DNA of 64,000 bases from assembly GCA_045807565.1 (NCBI GenBank), contig JBJMHD010000149.1, positions 5,116 to 69,115 on the forward strand, written 5' to 3'. The translations under genes and the position numbers were made by a program. The notes below the pieces were generated by a model. That model was given only the letters and a program-made list of their open reading frames with translations, had not been told where the DNA came from and ran no database searches. Positions 17,464-26,884 of the stretch are shown one piece after another. Within the stretch, counting starts at the first letter, position 1. The number at the start of each line of letters is the position of its first letter. Source of the stretch: Acidimicrobiales bacterium (GTDB taxonomy: Bacteria; Actinomycetota; Acidimicrobiia; Acidimicrobiales; VFJN01).

Positions 17464-20400
17464 TCAGCGGGCGCGCTTGATCCATCCCTTGTAGCCCTGC
17501 TGGAAGCCAGCCGCTCGCAGGGCGTCGTGCACCTCGGGCTCGTGCTCGTGCACGTCGACGCCGTCGATGGCGCGGAGCTCGAGCGATCGGAACCGACCGG
17601 CGTCCACCAGGGCCCCGAGCGCGGCGATCCATCGTCGGTCGTCGACGCCGGCGGGGAACCGCAGCACCTTGTGGGCGCCCCGTTCGAGGTAGACGAGCGC
17701 GCTCCCTCCACCGAGCACCACGAACGCCCCCGCCGCTCGGGCCGGGCGACCTGTCGTGTCGGGCCACGGGATCGCGGCGCCGAAGGGCTGCGCGGGATCG
17801 GTTGCGGCGAGCACCACCGGCGCCTCGTCGTCGTCCTCCTCGCGCTCGCGGCGGAGCCGATCGACGGCGCCGGCCACCGCGAACTGGGCGGCCCCGAGCC
17901 CGGCGACGAAGTAGCCGCGACGCACCTGGCCCCGCTCCTCCAACGCCTTCAGCACCGGGTACACCCCGGCAAAGCCGCCTTCGGCCCCCTCCCCGAGCGC
18001 CGCTTCCCGGGTGAGCACGCCGTAGCGCTCGAGCAGCTGCAGGGCCCTGGCGTGCGCCGCCTCGGTGGCCGTGGGCAGGGGCTCCAGGAGCGGCGCCACC
18101 AACGACCATCGGCCCGCGCCCGCCGGCGGACCGAGGCGGCTCAACCGGCCAGGGCGAGGCCGGCCACGGGCGCCGGCCCGTGCCGATGACCGTCCCGCCG
18201 ACCGCCGGCCGGTGGCGCCCACGTAGGCGCGGAGCGGAGCCAGCGAGTCGTTGGTGACGAGCCCCGCCCACACGAGGTCCCACAGCCCGGCGAGGACGGT
18301 GGGGTCGTCGAACGGCTGGCCCGCCTGCTGCGCGGCGCCGGTGAGGTCGGTCCAGAACGAGGCCCCGCGGCGCTCCAGGTGCTCGAGCAGCGAGGTGTGG
18401 AGCTCGTCCGGTTCGAACCCCTCCACCGTGGGGAGCAGGAGCCCGGCCTGGTCGCGGAACACCAGGCGGATCCGGCCGTCGGTCGACCCGATGGCACCGG
18501 CGCCCACCCACACCACGTCCCCGGATGTGCACAGGGCGTCGAGGTCGGACGGATCGTGCTCGGGCAGCCGCACGCGGAGGATGTCGCGGTCGACGGCGGA
18601 TGCCACCAGCGGCGCGCCCTGGAGCTGGGCGACGACGTCCACCAGCGCGTCCACGCCGCGGCGGTGCTGCCCGATGCCGTGCCACCTCGGCAGGAAGCGG
18701 GCGAGCGTGCCGGCGTCGACGGGCTCGACCTCCTTGCGCAGCGCGGCGAGCGACCGTCGGCGCAGCTGGCGCAGGACATCGCTGTCGCACCACTCCCGCT
18801 CGACGCCGTCGGGCCGGAACTCGCCCCGCACGACGCGGCCCTCGCGCTCGAGCTCGTCCAGCGCGGCACGAGCGCGCTCGAGGCTCACGCCGTACCGCGC
18901 CGCAGCGTGGTGCACGAGGAACGGGCCGTGGGTGCGGGCGTAGCGGGCGACGAGGTCGACGAGCGGAGTAGGGACGGACTCGGTGCACGCCGCGGGCAAG
19001 CCCACGGGGACGGCGACGCCCAAGGCGTCCCGCAGCCTGCCGGCGTCCTCGGCCGCGCACAGCCGCTCCTCCCCCGCGATGCCCGCCAGGAAGGCTCGGC
19101 GCTCCGTGACGAGCTGGTCGACCCAGTCCTTCACCGGGGCGCCGTCGACCGAGCGGAGGCCGAGCTCGTCGAGCGAGAGCGGGCCGAGCAACCGCAGCTG
19201 GTCGTGCAGCTCGTCCTGGTCGCGGGCCAGCCGCCCCTCGACGAGCCGCTGGAGCTCGAGCTCGAGGTCGGCCAGCACGTCGGCGTCGATCAGCTCCCGG
19301 AGCTCCTCGGCGCCGAGGAGGTCGCGCAGCAGGTCGCGGTCGAGCGCGAGGGCGGCTGCCCGGCGCTCGGCGAGCGGCGCATCGCCGGCGTACATGTAGA
19401 CCGCGATCCAACCGAACATCAGCGACTGCGCGAACGGCGACGCCTGCTGGGAGTCCACCGACACCAGCCGGATCCGCCGGGCCTGGAGGTCGCGCAGCAC
19501 CTGCGTGAGGGCGGGGACGTCGAACACGTCGTTCAGGCACTCCCGCGTCGCCTCGAGGAGGATCGGGAAGCTCGGGTAGCGCGACGCGACCGAGAGCAGG
19601 TCGGCCGAGCGCTGCCGCTGCTGCCAGAGCGGGGTGCGGCGGTCGGGACGCCGCTTCGGGAGCAGCAGGGCGCGGGCCGCGCACTCCCGAAAGCGCGAGG
19701 CGAACATGGCGGTGTTCGGGAGCTGGGAGACGATCAGCTCCTCGATCTCCTCGGGATCGATCAGGAGCTCGTCGTCGGGCAGGGCGTCGACGGACTCCGG
19801 CAGCCGGATGACGATGCCGTCGTCGCTCCACATGAGCTCCACCGAGAGCCCCCACCGCTCCCCCAAGCGGTGCTGCAACGCCATCGCCCACGGTGCGTGC
19901 ACCTGCGCGCCGAACGGCGACAGGACGCAGACGCGCCAGTCGCCGATCTCGTCCTGGAAGCGCTCGACCACGATCGTGCGGTCATCCGGCACCACCCCGG
20001 TGGCATCGGCCTGTTCGTCGAGGTACGCGACGAGGTTCAGCGCGGCGCGGGCGTCGAGACCGCCGGCGCGCAGCCGTGCGACGGGATCGCTCGCGTCGCT
20101 CCGGAGCTCACGGGTGAAGGTGCCGATGGCGCGACCGAGCTCGAGCGGACGGCCCGGCTTGTCGCCGTGCCAGAACGGCATCTTCCCCGGGTGGCCGGGG
20201 GCGGGCGTGACGATGACCTTCTGGTAGGTGATGTCCTCGATTCGCCATGTGGACGCGCCGAGCAGGAAGGTCTCCCCAGGCCGGCTCTCGTACACCATCT
20301 CCTCGTCGAGCTCGCCGACGCGCGTGCCGTCGGGCAGCGTCACCGTGAACAACCCGCGGTCGGGGATGGTGCCGGGGTTGGTGACGGCCAGCCGCTGGGC

Positions 20401-21987
20401 GCCGCTGCGAGCGCGGACCATCCCCTCCACCCGGTCCCACACCAGGCGAGGGCGGAGCTCCGCGAACTCCTCCGACGGGTAGCGCCCGGCGAGCAGGTCG
20501 AGCACCGAGGCGAGCAGGTCGTCCGACAGGTCGGCGAACGGTGCCGCCCCACGCAGGACGGCCGCCAGGTCGTCGAGCGCCCAGTCGTCGAGGGCGCACA
20601 TGGCGACGATCTGCTGGCACAGCACGTCGAGGGGGTTGCGGGGGTAGTGCGTCTCCTCGATCTGCCCCGCCTGCATCCGCTCGACGACCACGGCCGCCTC
20701 GAGCAGGTCGGCACGGTGCTTCGGGAAGAGCTTGCCGCGGCTGGGCGCGCCCACCTGGTGGCCGGCCCGGCCGATGCGCTGGAGCCCGCGCGACACCGCG
20801 CCGGGCGACTCCACCTGCACCACCAGGTCGACGGCACCCATGTCGATGCCGAGCTCGAGGCTCGACGTCGCCACCAGCCCCTTGAGGCGACCGGACTTCA
20901 GCTCGTCCTCGATGGCGAGCCGGCGCTCGCGCGACAGCGACCCGTGATGGGCCTTCACCAGCTCCTCGTGCTCGGGGGGCGTGCCCTCCGCCTCCGCGGC
21001 GCGGTTCTCGCCCTCCCAGTGCAGCTCGTTGAGGCGGGTGGCGAGCCGCTCGGCCAGACGGCGGGCGTTGACGAAGATGAGGGTGGACCGGTGCTCCCGC
21101 ACCAGCTCCAGCAGGCGCGGGTGCATGGCGGGCCAGATCGAGCTCCGCACGGGACCAGCCGCCGCCGACCCGGAGGTGGGCTCCTCGATGACCGTGCCCA
21201 GCTGCGCCATGTCGTCCACCGGGATCACGACCTCGATCTCGAGCGGCTTGCGCACGCCCGCGTCGACGACGGTCACCGGCCGCGGGCGGGGAGCACCGTC
21301 GGCGGTCCTCGTGCTGCCGCCGAGGAAGCGGGCGATCTCCTCCAGCGGCCGCTGCGTGGCCGACAGGCCGATGCGCTGGGGAGCCTCGCCCCCACCCTTG
21401 CGCACCCAGTGGTCGAGCCGTTCCAGCGTGAGGGCGAGGTGGCTGCCGCGCTTGGTGGCGGCGAGGGCGTGGATCTCGTCGACGATCACCGCCTCGACCC
21501 CGAGCAGCGTCTCGCGCGCCGCCGAGGTGAGCATCAGGTACAGCGACTCAGGGGTGGTGATGAGGATGTCGGGCGGGTTGCGCACGAGGTTGCGCCGCTC
21601 GTCCGACGGCGTGTCGCCGGTGCGGATGCCCACCGTCGGCTCGGCGTAGGGCTCCCCGAGCCGCTCGGCGGCGAGCCGGATCCCTTGGAGCGGGCTGCGG
21701 AGGTTCTTCTCCACGTCGACAGCGAGGGCGCGCAGCGGCGACACGTACACGATCCGCGTGCGGTGCGTGCGCTGCTCGGGGGGAGGCGTGCGGGTGAGGG
21801 CGTCGATGCCCCAGAGGAAGGCGGACAGCGTCTTGCCCGACCCCGTGGGAGCGAGGATCAGGGTGTGCTCCCCGCCGGCGATGGCCGGCCAGCCCTGGGC
21901 CTGCGCCGCGGTCGCCTCGGGGAACGAGGCCCTGAACCACGCGCGCACCGCGGGCGAGAACAGCTCCAGCGGATCCGGGGCGTCCAC
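17464..21987 (-). CDS. lhr: Full-length Lhr helicase with C-terminal AlkZ-like domain
   Basis: APTGSGKT, VDEIHA, GLSAT, HHGSLS, SSLELGID, QRIGRAGH; 1507 aa including the C-terminal extension. Confidence 0.95.
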   Translation of the reverse strand: MDAPDPLELFSPAVRAWFRASFPEATAAQAQGWPAIAGGEHTLILAPTGSGKTLSAFLWGIDALTRTPPPEQRTHRTRIVYVSPLRALAVDVEKNLRSPLQGIRLAAERLGEPYAEPTVGIRTGDTPSDERRNLVRNPPDILITTPESLYLMLTSAARETLLGVEAVIVDEIHALAATKRGSHLALTLERLDHWVRKGGGEAPQRIGLSATQRPLEEIARFLGGSTRTADGAPRPRPVTVVDAGVRKPLEIEVVIPVDDMAQLGTVIEEPTSGSAAAGPVRSSIWPAMHPRLLELVREHRSTLIFVNARRLAERLATRLNELHWEGENRAAEAEGTPPEHEELVKAHHGSLSRERRLAIEDELKSGRLKGLVATSSLELGIDMGAVDLVVQVESPGAVSRGLQRIGRAGHQVGAPSRGKLFPKHRADLLEAAVVVERMQAGQIEETHYPRNPLDVLCQQIVAMCALDDWALDDLAAVLRGAAPFADLSDDLLASVLDLLAGRYPSEEFAELRPRLVWDRVEGMVRARSGAQRLAVTNPGTIPDRGLFTVTLPDGTRVGELDEEMVYESRPGETFLLGASTWRIEDITYQKVIVTPAPGHPGKMPFWHGDKPGRPLELGRAIGTFTRELRSDASDPVARLRAGGLDARAALNLVAYLDEQADATGVVPDDRTIVVERFQDEIGDWRVCVLSPFGAQVHAPWAMALQHRLGERWGLSVELMWSDDGIVIRLPESVDALPDDELLIDPEEIEELIVSQLPNTAMFASRFRECAARALLLPKRRPDRRTPLWQQRQRSADLLSVASRYPSFPILLEATRECLNDVFDVPALTQVLRDLQARRIRLVSVDSQQASPFAQSLMFGWIAVYMYAGDAPLAERRAAALALDRDLLRDLLGAEELRELIDADVLADLELELQRLVEGRLARDQDELHDQLRLLGPLSLDELGLRSVDGAPVKDWVDQLVTERRAFLAGIAGEERLCAAEDAGRLRDALGVAVPVGLPAACTESVPTPLVDLVARYARTHGPFLVHHAAARYGVSLERARAALDELEREGRVVRGEFRPDGVEREWCDSDVLRQLRRRSLAALRKEVEPVDAGTLARFLPRWHGIGQHRRGVDALVDVVAQLQGAPLVASAVDRDILRVRLPEHDPSDLDALCTSGDVVWVGAGAIGSTDGRIRLVFRDQAGLLLPTVEGFEPDELHTSLLEHLERRGASFWTDLTGAAQQAGQPFDDPTVLAGLWDLVWAGLVTNDSLAPLRAYVGATGRRSAGRSSARAGARGRPRPGRLSRLGPPAGAGRWSLVAPLLEPLPTATEAAHARALQLLERYGVLTREAALGEGAEGGFAGVYPVLKALEERGQVRRGYFVAGLGAAQFAVAGAVDRLRREREEDDDEAPVVLAATDPAQPFGAAIPWPDTTGRPARAAGAFVVLGGGSALVYLERGAHKVLRFPAGVDDRRWIAALGALVDAGRFRSLELRAIDGVDVHEHEPEVHDALRAAGFQQGYKGWIKRAR

Positions 21988-21993
21988 AGATCA

Positions 21994-22015
21994 AGGCTAT
22001 CGACGCGCCCTGACA
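21994..22015 (-). promoter_or_regulatory. PafBC / RecA-NDp-type promoter of lhr (leaderless)
   Basis: Minus strand reads TGTCAG-GGCGCGTCGA-TAGCCT, then 6 nt, then GTG; this matches TGTCRG-N10-TANNNT. Confidence 0.75.
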
Positions 22016-22063
22016 TCGCCTGTCAGGGATCGGTCGATCGCGTGCGCCGCGGCCTCGATGTGC

Positions 22064-22441
22064 TCAGCCGACGGTGAGCGTGCCCACCATGTTGGCGTGG
22101 AGATCGCACACGTACTGGTAGGACCCCGGCGCCAGGTCGACGTCGAGGTCCTGCGTCGACGGCCCCTTCTGCAGGTCCGTCGCCGGTGCCCCAGGCGCGT
22201 CCGGGAGATGGACGTTGTGGTTCTGCCCGTCGTCCCGGTTGTCGACCTCGATGGTCAGCGGACCGGATGCGGACCGCAGGCAGTCCGTGTCCCATCGCAG
22301 GTCGTCGGCCACCAGGGTGAGGCGACCGTCGGCGGCGTCCTTGCACCCGCCCGAGGTCTCGCCGCCGTCCCGCCCGTCACCGGTGTCGCCGCAGCCGGCC
22401 AGCATCACGACGACGGCGGCGAGGACGGCGAGGCGGCGCAT
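22064..22441 (-). CDS. Cupredoxin-domain lipoprotein
   Basis: Lipobox LAGC; HNV...YVCDLHANM type-1 copper ligands (H, C, H, M). Confidence 0.85.
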   Translation of the reverse strand: MRRLAVLAAVVVMLAGCGDTGDGRDGGETSGGCKDAADGRLTLVADDLRWDTDCLRSASGPLTIEVDNRDDGQNHNVHLPDAPGAPATDLQKGPSTQDLDVDLAPGSYQYVCDLHANMVGTLTVG

Positions 22442-22496
22442 GGGGGGAAGGTCGAACGTGGAGCCCGTCGGGTTCCAGAGCAGGCTGACTGTAGCG

Positions 22497-23045
22497 ATGG
22501 CTGACGTCTTCGCTGCCTTCGCGGTGGTGTTCCTGGCCGAGCTCGGCGACAAGACCCAGCTGGTCGCGCTCACCCTCGGCGGCCGGTACCCAGCCAGCCG
22601 GGTCCTGCTCGCCTTGACCGGCGCGATCGCCGTGCTGCAGACGATCTCCGTCACGCTGGGCGCCCTCGTGAGCCGAGCGCTGCCGGACCGGGCGGTCGCC
22701 ATCGGCGCGGGACTGCTGTTCCTCGCCTTCGCGGTGTGGACCTGGCGCGCCGCGGACGACGCGGACGACGACGCATCGACGACGCGGGGAGGGCTGTTCG
22801 GCGCCGCGACCGCGTTCTTCCTCGCCGAGCTGGGTGACAAGACGATGCTCACGACGGCCGGGCTGGCCGCCGACCGGGGCGCGGTCCCGGTGTGGATCGG
22901 TTCCTTCGCCGCCATGGTGTCGGCCACCGCCCTCGCCGTTCTCGCCGGCCGCACCGTCACGCAGCGCGTCGGATCTGACGTCCTGCGCCGGGTCGGTGCG
23001 GTGGCGTTCGCCGTGGTCGGCATCGTGACGCTCGCGACGGCGTGA
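22497..23045 (+). CDS. TMEM165/GDT1 (UPF0016) Mn2+/Ca2+ transporter
   Basis: Two ELGDKT motifs (AELGDKTQL, AELGDKTML). Confidence 0.92.
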   Translation: MADVFAAFAVVFLAELGDKTQLVALTLGGRYPASRVLLALTGAIAVLQTISVTLGALVSRALPDRAVAIGAGLLFLAFAVWTWRAADDADDDASTTRGGLFGAATAFFLAELGDKTMLTTAGLAADRGAVPVWIGSFAAMVSATALAVLAGRTVTQRVGSDVLRRVGAVAFAVVGIVTLATA

Positions 23046-23066
23046 TCGGTCGCCCATGATGGGGCC

Positions 23067-23357
23067 ATGCCGCACTGGTTGCTCACCTACGACCTGGTCG
23101 ACGACTACCTCGAGCGCCGCACCCCGCTGCGCCCGGAGCACCTGGCGCTCGCCCAGGCGGCGCACGCGCGGGGCGAGCTCGTGCTGGCCGGCGCGCTGGC
23201 GGACCCGGCCGACCGAGCCCTGCTGGTGTTCCGGGCTGACGACGCCGCACCGGCCGAGGCCTTCGCGCATGCCGATCCGTACGTTCGGGAGGGGCTCGTG
23301 CGCGAGTGGTCCGTGCGACCCTGGACCGTGGTCATCGGGGACGAGCCGGCCACCTGA
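23067..23357 (+). CDS. YciI-like protein
   Basis: RTPLRPEHL...LAGALADP...ADPYVREGLVREWSVRPW. Confidence 0.88.
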   Translation: MPHWLLTYDLVDDYLERRTPLRPEHLALAQAAHARGELVLAGALADPADRALLVFRADDAAPAEAFAHADPYVREGLVREWSVRPWTVVIGDEPAT

Positions 23358-23435
23358 CGCGCGATGCCGAGCGCGCACCGTCCGGGTGTGTGAGCATTGC
23401 GAGGTCCGGCCGGGCGAAGAACGGGGGTGCTCCGG

Positions 23436-23873
23436 ATGCAGACCGACCAGATCCTCGACCGCAAGGGACGGGACGTCGCCACCATCACACCGGAGTCGCC
23501 GGTGCGGGCGGCGGTCGACCAGCTCGGCGCCGCGAACGTGGGCGCGCTCGTCGTGTCACCGGACGGCACCACGGTGGCGGGCATCCTCTCCGAGCGCGAC
23601 GTGGTGCGACGTCTCGCCACTGCCGGCCCCAGCCTCCTCGACGAGCCGGTGTCGTCGATCATGCAGGCCGAGGTGCTCACCTGCACCGGCCGTGACCTGG
23701 TGGACGACCTGATGCACCGGATGACCGAGCACCGCATCCGCCACCTGCCCGTCGTGGACGACGACGGCAACCTCGCCGGCATCATCAGCATCGGCGACGT
23801 GGTCAAGACCCACGTCGACGCCCTCGAGACCGAGCGCGAACAGCTCGTCGACTACATCCGCACCGGTCGGTGA
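23436..23873 (+). CDS. CBS-domain pair protein
   Basis: GILSERDVVRRL and MTEHRIRHLPVVDDDGNLAGIISIGDVVK. Confidence 0.9.
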   Translation: MQTDQILDRKGRDVATITPESPVRAAVDQLGAANVGALVVSPDGTTVAGILSERDVVRRLATAGPSLLDEPVSSIMQAEVLTCTGRDLVDDLMHRMTEHRIRHLPVVDDDGNLAGIISIGDVVKTHVDALETEREQLVDYIRTGR

Positions 23874-24243
23874 TCCCCGTCGGTCGCCTCCGGCGACCTC
23901 CTCGGAGCTGATGGGTGCGGCCTGCGGCCGCGCTGATCGTCTGCTCAGGGGTCGGCGGAGCCGCCCCTTCGCGGGCGGGGGGCTCCGGCGGAGCCTCTGC
24001 CCCCCGCACCCCCCGCCAGAGCCCTGGCACCCCCGGTAGGCGAGCTGGCCGGAGGTGGAGGGGGGAGTGTGAGGGGGGAACGCTCCGCGTGCCCCCCTCG
24101 CCGGGAGGTGATCCGGCTCTGCCGGTCGCCGACCAGGGATGAGGCGCCGCAGGCGTTCCTCACAGCTCCGAGGAGGTCGCCGCAGGCGACCGACGAGGAT
24201 CAGCGATACGTCGCCGCAGGCGAGCGACGAGGAATCAGCGATA
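23871..24243. repeat. Intergenic composite inverted-repeat element (REP/MITE-like)
   Basis: 40-bp inverted repeat, 23871-23910 vs 24163-24202 (38/40 identical); CGCCGCAGGCG units at 24145, 24178 and 24212; internal G5/C5 hairpins. Confidence 0.75.
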
Positions 24244-24480
24244 GGGGCAGTGCCGGCAGTCGTTGGCGCAGCAGTGGCCTCGGCGGACGTGCTCGGCGGC
24301 GGTGATCACGAACAGGCCGGTGTCGGGATCGAGGTAGCCAGGTTCGCCCGCTTCGACCGCTTCACGGTGGGCGGTGAGGATCTCGGAGCGGCGGGGGTGG
24401 TCGACGGCGAGGCGGTCCGGATGCGGTTCGAACAGAGAGCGGCCGACGGGCCGCTGCCGCCGCGGGTCCGGCGAGCTCAC
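24235..24480 (-). CDS. Small Cys/His-rich protein (DUF5522-like)
   Basis: GTG overlaps the ECF-S stop (GTGA); C-terminus YLDPDTGLFVITAAEHVRRGHCCANDCRHCPYR. Confidence 0.75.
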   Translation of the reverse strand: MSSPDPRRQRPVGRSLFEPHPDRLAVDHPRRSEILTAHREAVEAGEPGYLDPDTGLFVITAAEHVRRGHCCANDCRHCPYR

Positions 24481-25283
24481 GGGTCGAACGTCACCGGGGC
24501 GTCGAAGGCGGCCTTGCGGGAGGCGCGACGCAACGTCACGAGGACGGCCCGACCGACCAACAGCACCGCGAGCACGTTGGTGATGGCGCGGCCCGTGTCC
24601 CATCCCCAGGTCGACGTGGCGAGCGTGTACAGCACGAAGCGGTGCAGGTTCTCGGCCACGGCGCCCCCCGCCACGTAGGACAGCTCGGTGCCGGCGCCGA
24701 GCGCGAACGGCCAGCCCCACAGGTTCACGAGGAACCCGTACAGGTAGGCCGACACCCCTGCGTAGACCGCGAGCATGGCGATCTCGGCGCGGCCCCGCAG
24801 AGGGGGCAGGCATCCGGCGAGGAGGCCCACCCACGACGAGGCGAGCATCTGGAAGGGCAGCCACGGGCCCACGCCACCGGTGATGAGCGCGGACGCGAAC
24901 AGCGTGGTGGAGCCGAGCACGAAGCCGAAGGCGGGCCCGTACACGCGACCGCCGAGGACGAGCAGGAAGAACACGAGCTCGATGCCGCCGGTGCCGGCCC
25001 CGAGCGGACGCAGGGCCGCGCCGATCGCCGACAGCACACCGAGCATGGCCAGGGCCTTCGTGTCCATGCCCCGGGAGCTCATCTCCGCCAGGAGGATCGC
25101 GATGAGGGCCGGGAGCACGAGGGCGAACACGTACGGCGCGTCGCGCTCGTGCGAGAACCCGGCGGGAGGGTCGATGATCAGCGGCCAGGCGAACATGGCG
25201 AGCCCGCCGATCGACGCCACCAGCAGCGCGACCGCAGTGCGCGGCGCCATGCCGACGACGGAGCGGTCGCGGTGAGCGATCAT
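24477..25283 (-). CDS. ECF transporter S component, predicted cobalamin-specific (CbrT-like)
   Basis: Polytopic; LAMLGVLSAIGAALR, GRVYGPAFGFVLG, GVGPWLPFQM, GWDTGRA; lies in the B12-riboswitch operon. Confidence 0.85.
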   Translation of the reverse strand: MIAHRDRSVVGMAPRTAVALLVASIGGLAMFAWPLIIDPPAGFSHERDAPYVFALVLPALIAILLAEMSSRGMDTKALAMLGVLSAIGAALRPLGAGTGGIELVFFLLVLGGRVYGPAFGFVLGSTTLFASALITGGVGPWLPFQMLASSWVGLLAGCLPPLRGRAEIAMLAVYAGVSAYLYGFLVNLWGWPFALGAGTELSYVAGGAVAENLHRFVLYTLATSTWGWDTGRAITNVLAVLLVGRAVLVTLRRASRKAAFDAPVTFDP

Positions 25284-26884
25284 CACGTCGCTGCTCCGGC
25301 GAGGGCCGTGGCCACCTGTTCCACGGTGAGCCATCGATCGGGGTGGAGCACCTTGGCGACCTGCGGGGCGAACGCCGGTGAGGCCACCACCACGTCGGCG
25401 GTAGGGCCATCGGCCACGACCTCACCGTCGGCGAGGACGACGACGCGGTCGGCCACGCGCGCCACGAACTCCACGTCGTGGGTGGCCACCACGACGACGC
25501 GACCCTCGGCGGCCAGCTCCCGGAGGAGCTGGGTGAGCTCGTCCTTCACCAAGTGGTCGAGGCCACGGGTCGGCTCGTCGAGGAGGACCACGGCGGGCGA
25601 GGAGGTGAGCTGCAGGCCGAGGACGAGCCCCAACCGCTGGCCCTCCGAGAGGTCACGGGGGTGGTGGTCACCTTGCAGGCCCGGCACGATCCGGTCGACC
25701 AGCGCCCGGCACGTCCCGGGCACCGACCCGGTCTCCTCGTCCGCCTGGGTGCACTCCTCGTCGACGGTCGCCAGGTAGAGGAGATCGGCCGGGGTCTGGG
25801 GGACGAGCGCGATGGGGCTGGGTCGCACCCCGGCGGGGTCCACGCCGTCGACGGTGACCGAGCCGGCCTGTCGATGGCCGGCGGGGTGCAGGGCCCAGAG
25901 GAGCGAGGACTTGCCCGAGCCGTTCCGACCCATGACGGCCACGACCTCACCGGCCGGCACGCGGAGGTCGACACCGCGCAGCGCCAGCACCTCGCCGTAG
26001 CGGACGACCAACCCCCGACCGTCGAGCCCGTGCCCACCGGTCGCGAGCGGCTGGGTGTCGCCGGCGGGTGGCGACAGGGTGCGCAGCTGCTCGTGGAGGC
26101 CAGCGGCCTGCCGACGGGCATCGCGCACGGAGAGCGGGACGGGGTCCCAACCGGCCAACCGGCCCAGCCGCACCACCGGAGGGGCCAGCGGCGAGGTGCG
26201 AAGCGCGGTCGGGACGTCGAGGCGCGCCGTCCCGCTCTCGAGCAGGACGAGGGAGTCGGCGTGCTGCACGACGCGCTCGAGCCGGTGCTCGGCCATGACC
26301 ACGGTGATCCCGAGATCGTGCACGAGGCGCGTGATCGCGGCCAGCACGTCCTCAGCGGCAGTGGGGTCGAGCGCCGAGGTGGGCTCGTCCAGCACGAGGA
26401 TCCGCGGATGGGCGGTGAGCACCGCGCCGATCGCCACCCGCTGCTGCTGCCCGCCCGACAGGGTGCGGAGCGCGCGACCGCGGAGCTCGGCGATGCCGAG
26501 CAGGTCGAGCGTCTCCTCGACGCGCTTGCGCATGACCAGCTCGGGCACGGCGAGCTGCTCCATGGCGTAGGCGAGCTCCTCCTCCACGGTGTCCATCACG
26601 AACCCCGCGAGCGGGTCCTGGCCGACCATCCCCACGACGTCGGCGAGGTCGCGGGGAGGGTGGGTGCTGGTGTCGCGGCCGTCGACGATCACCCGTCCGG
26701 CGAGCCGCCCGCCGGTGAAGTGCGGGACGAGCCCGTTGACGGCGCCGAGCAGCGTCGTCTTGCCCGAACCGGTGGGCCCCACCACCACGCACAGCTCGCC
26801 CTCGGGCACGGTGAGGTCCACGTCCCGCAGCACGGGCTCGAGCGCGTCGGGGTACGTGATGGCGACACCCTCGAAGCGGATCAT
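25283..26884 (-). CDS. ECF transporter fused double ATPase (EcfA-A')
   Basis: Two ABC domains: GPTGSGKTT/LSGGQQQR/LDEPTS and GRNGSGKSS/LSEGQR/LDEPTR; TGATG-type coupling. Confidence 0.92.
   Translation of the reverse strand: MIRFEGVAITYPDALEPVLRDVDLTVPEGELCVVVGPTGSGKTTLLGAVNGLVPHFTGGRLAGRVIVDGRDTSTHPPRDLADVVGMVGQDPLAGFVMDTVEEELAYAMEQLAVPELVMRKRVEETLDLLGIAELRGRALRTLSGGQQQRVAIGAVLTAHPRILVLDEPTSALDPTAAEDVLAAITRLVHDLGITVVMAEHRLERVVQHADSLVLLESGTARLDVPTALRTSPLAPPVVRLGRLAGWDPVPLSVRDARRQAAGLHEQLRTLSPPAGDTQPLATGGHGLDGRGLVVRYGEVLALRGVDLRVPAGEVVAVMGRNGSGKSSLLWALHPAGHRQAGSVTVDGVDPAGVRPSPIALVPQTPADLLYLATVDEECTQADEETGSVPGTCRALVDRIVPGLQGDHHPRDLSEGQRLGLVLGLQLTSSPAVVLLDEPTRGLDHLVKDELTQLLRELAAEGRVVVVATHDVEFVARVADRVVVLADGEVVADGPTADVVVASPAFAPQVAKVLHPDRWLTVEQVATALAGAAT

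Noticed and set aside
23871-24243. CRISPR-like reading of the 33-34-bp periodic units
   Set aside because: Only three short degenerate units, no unique spacers of constant length and no cas genes.
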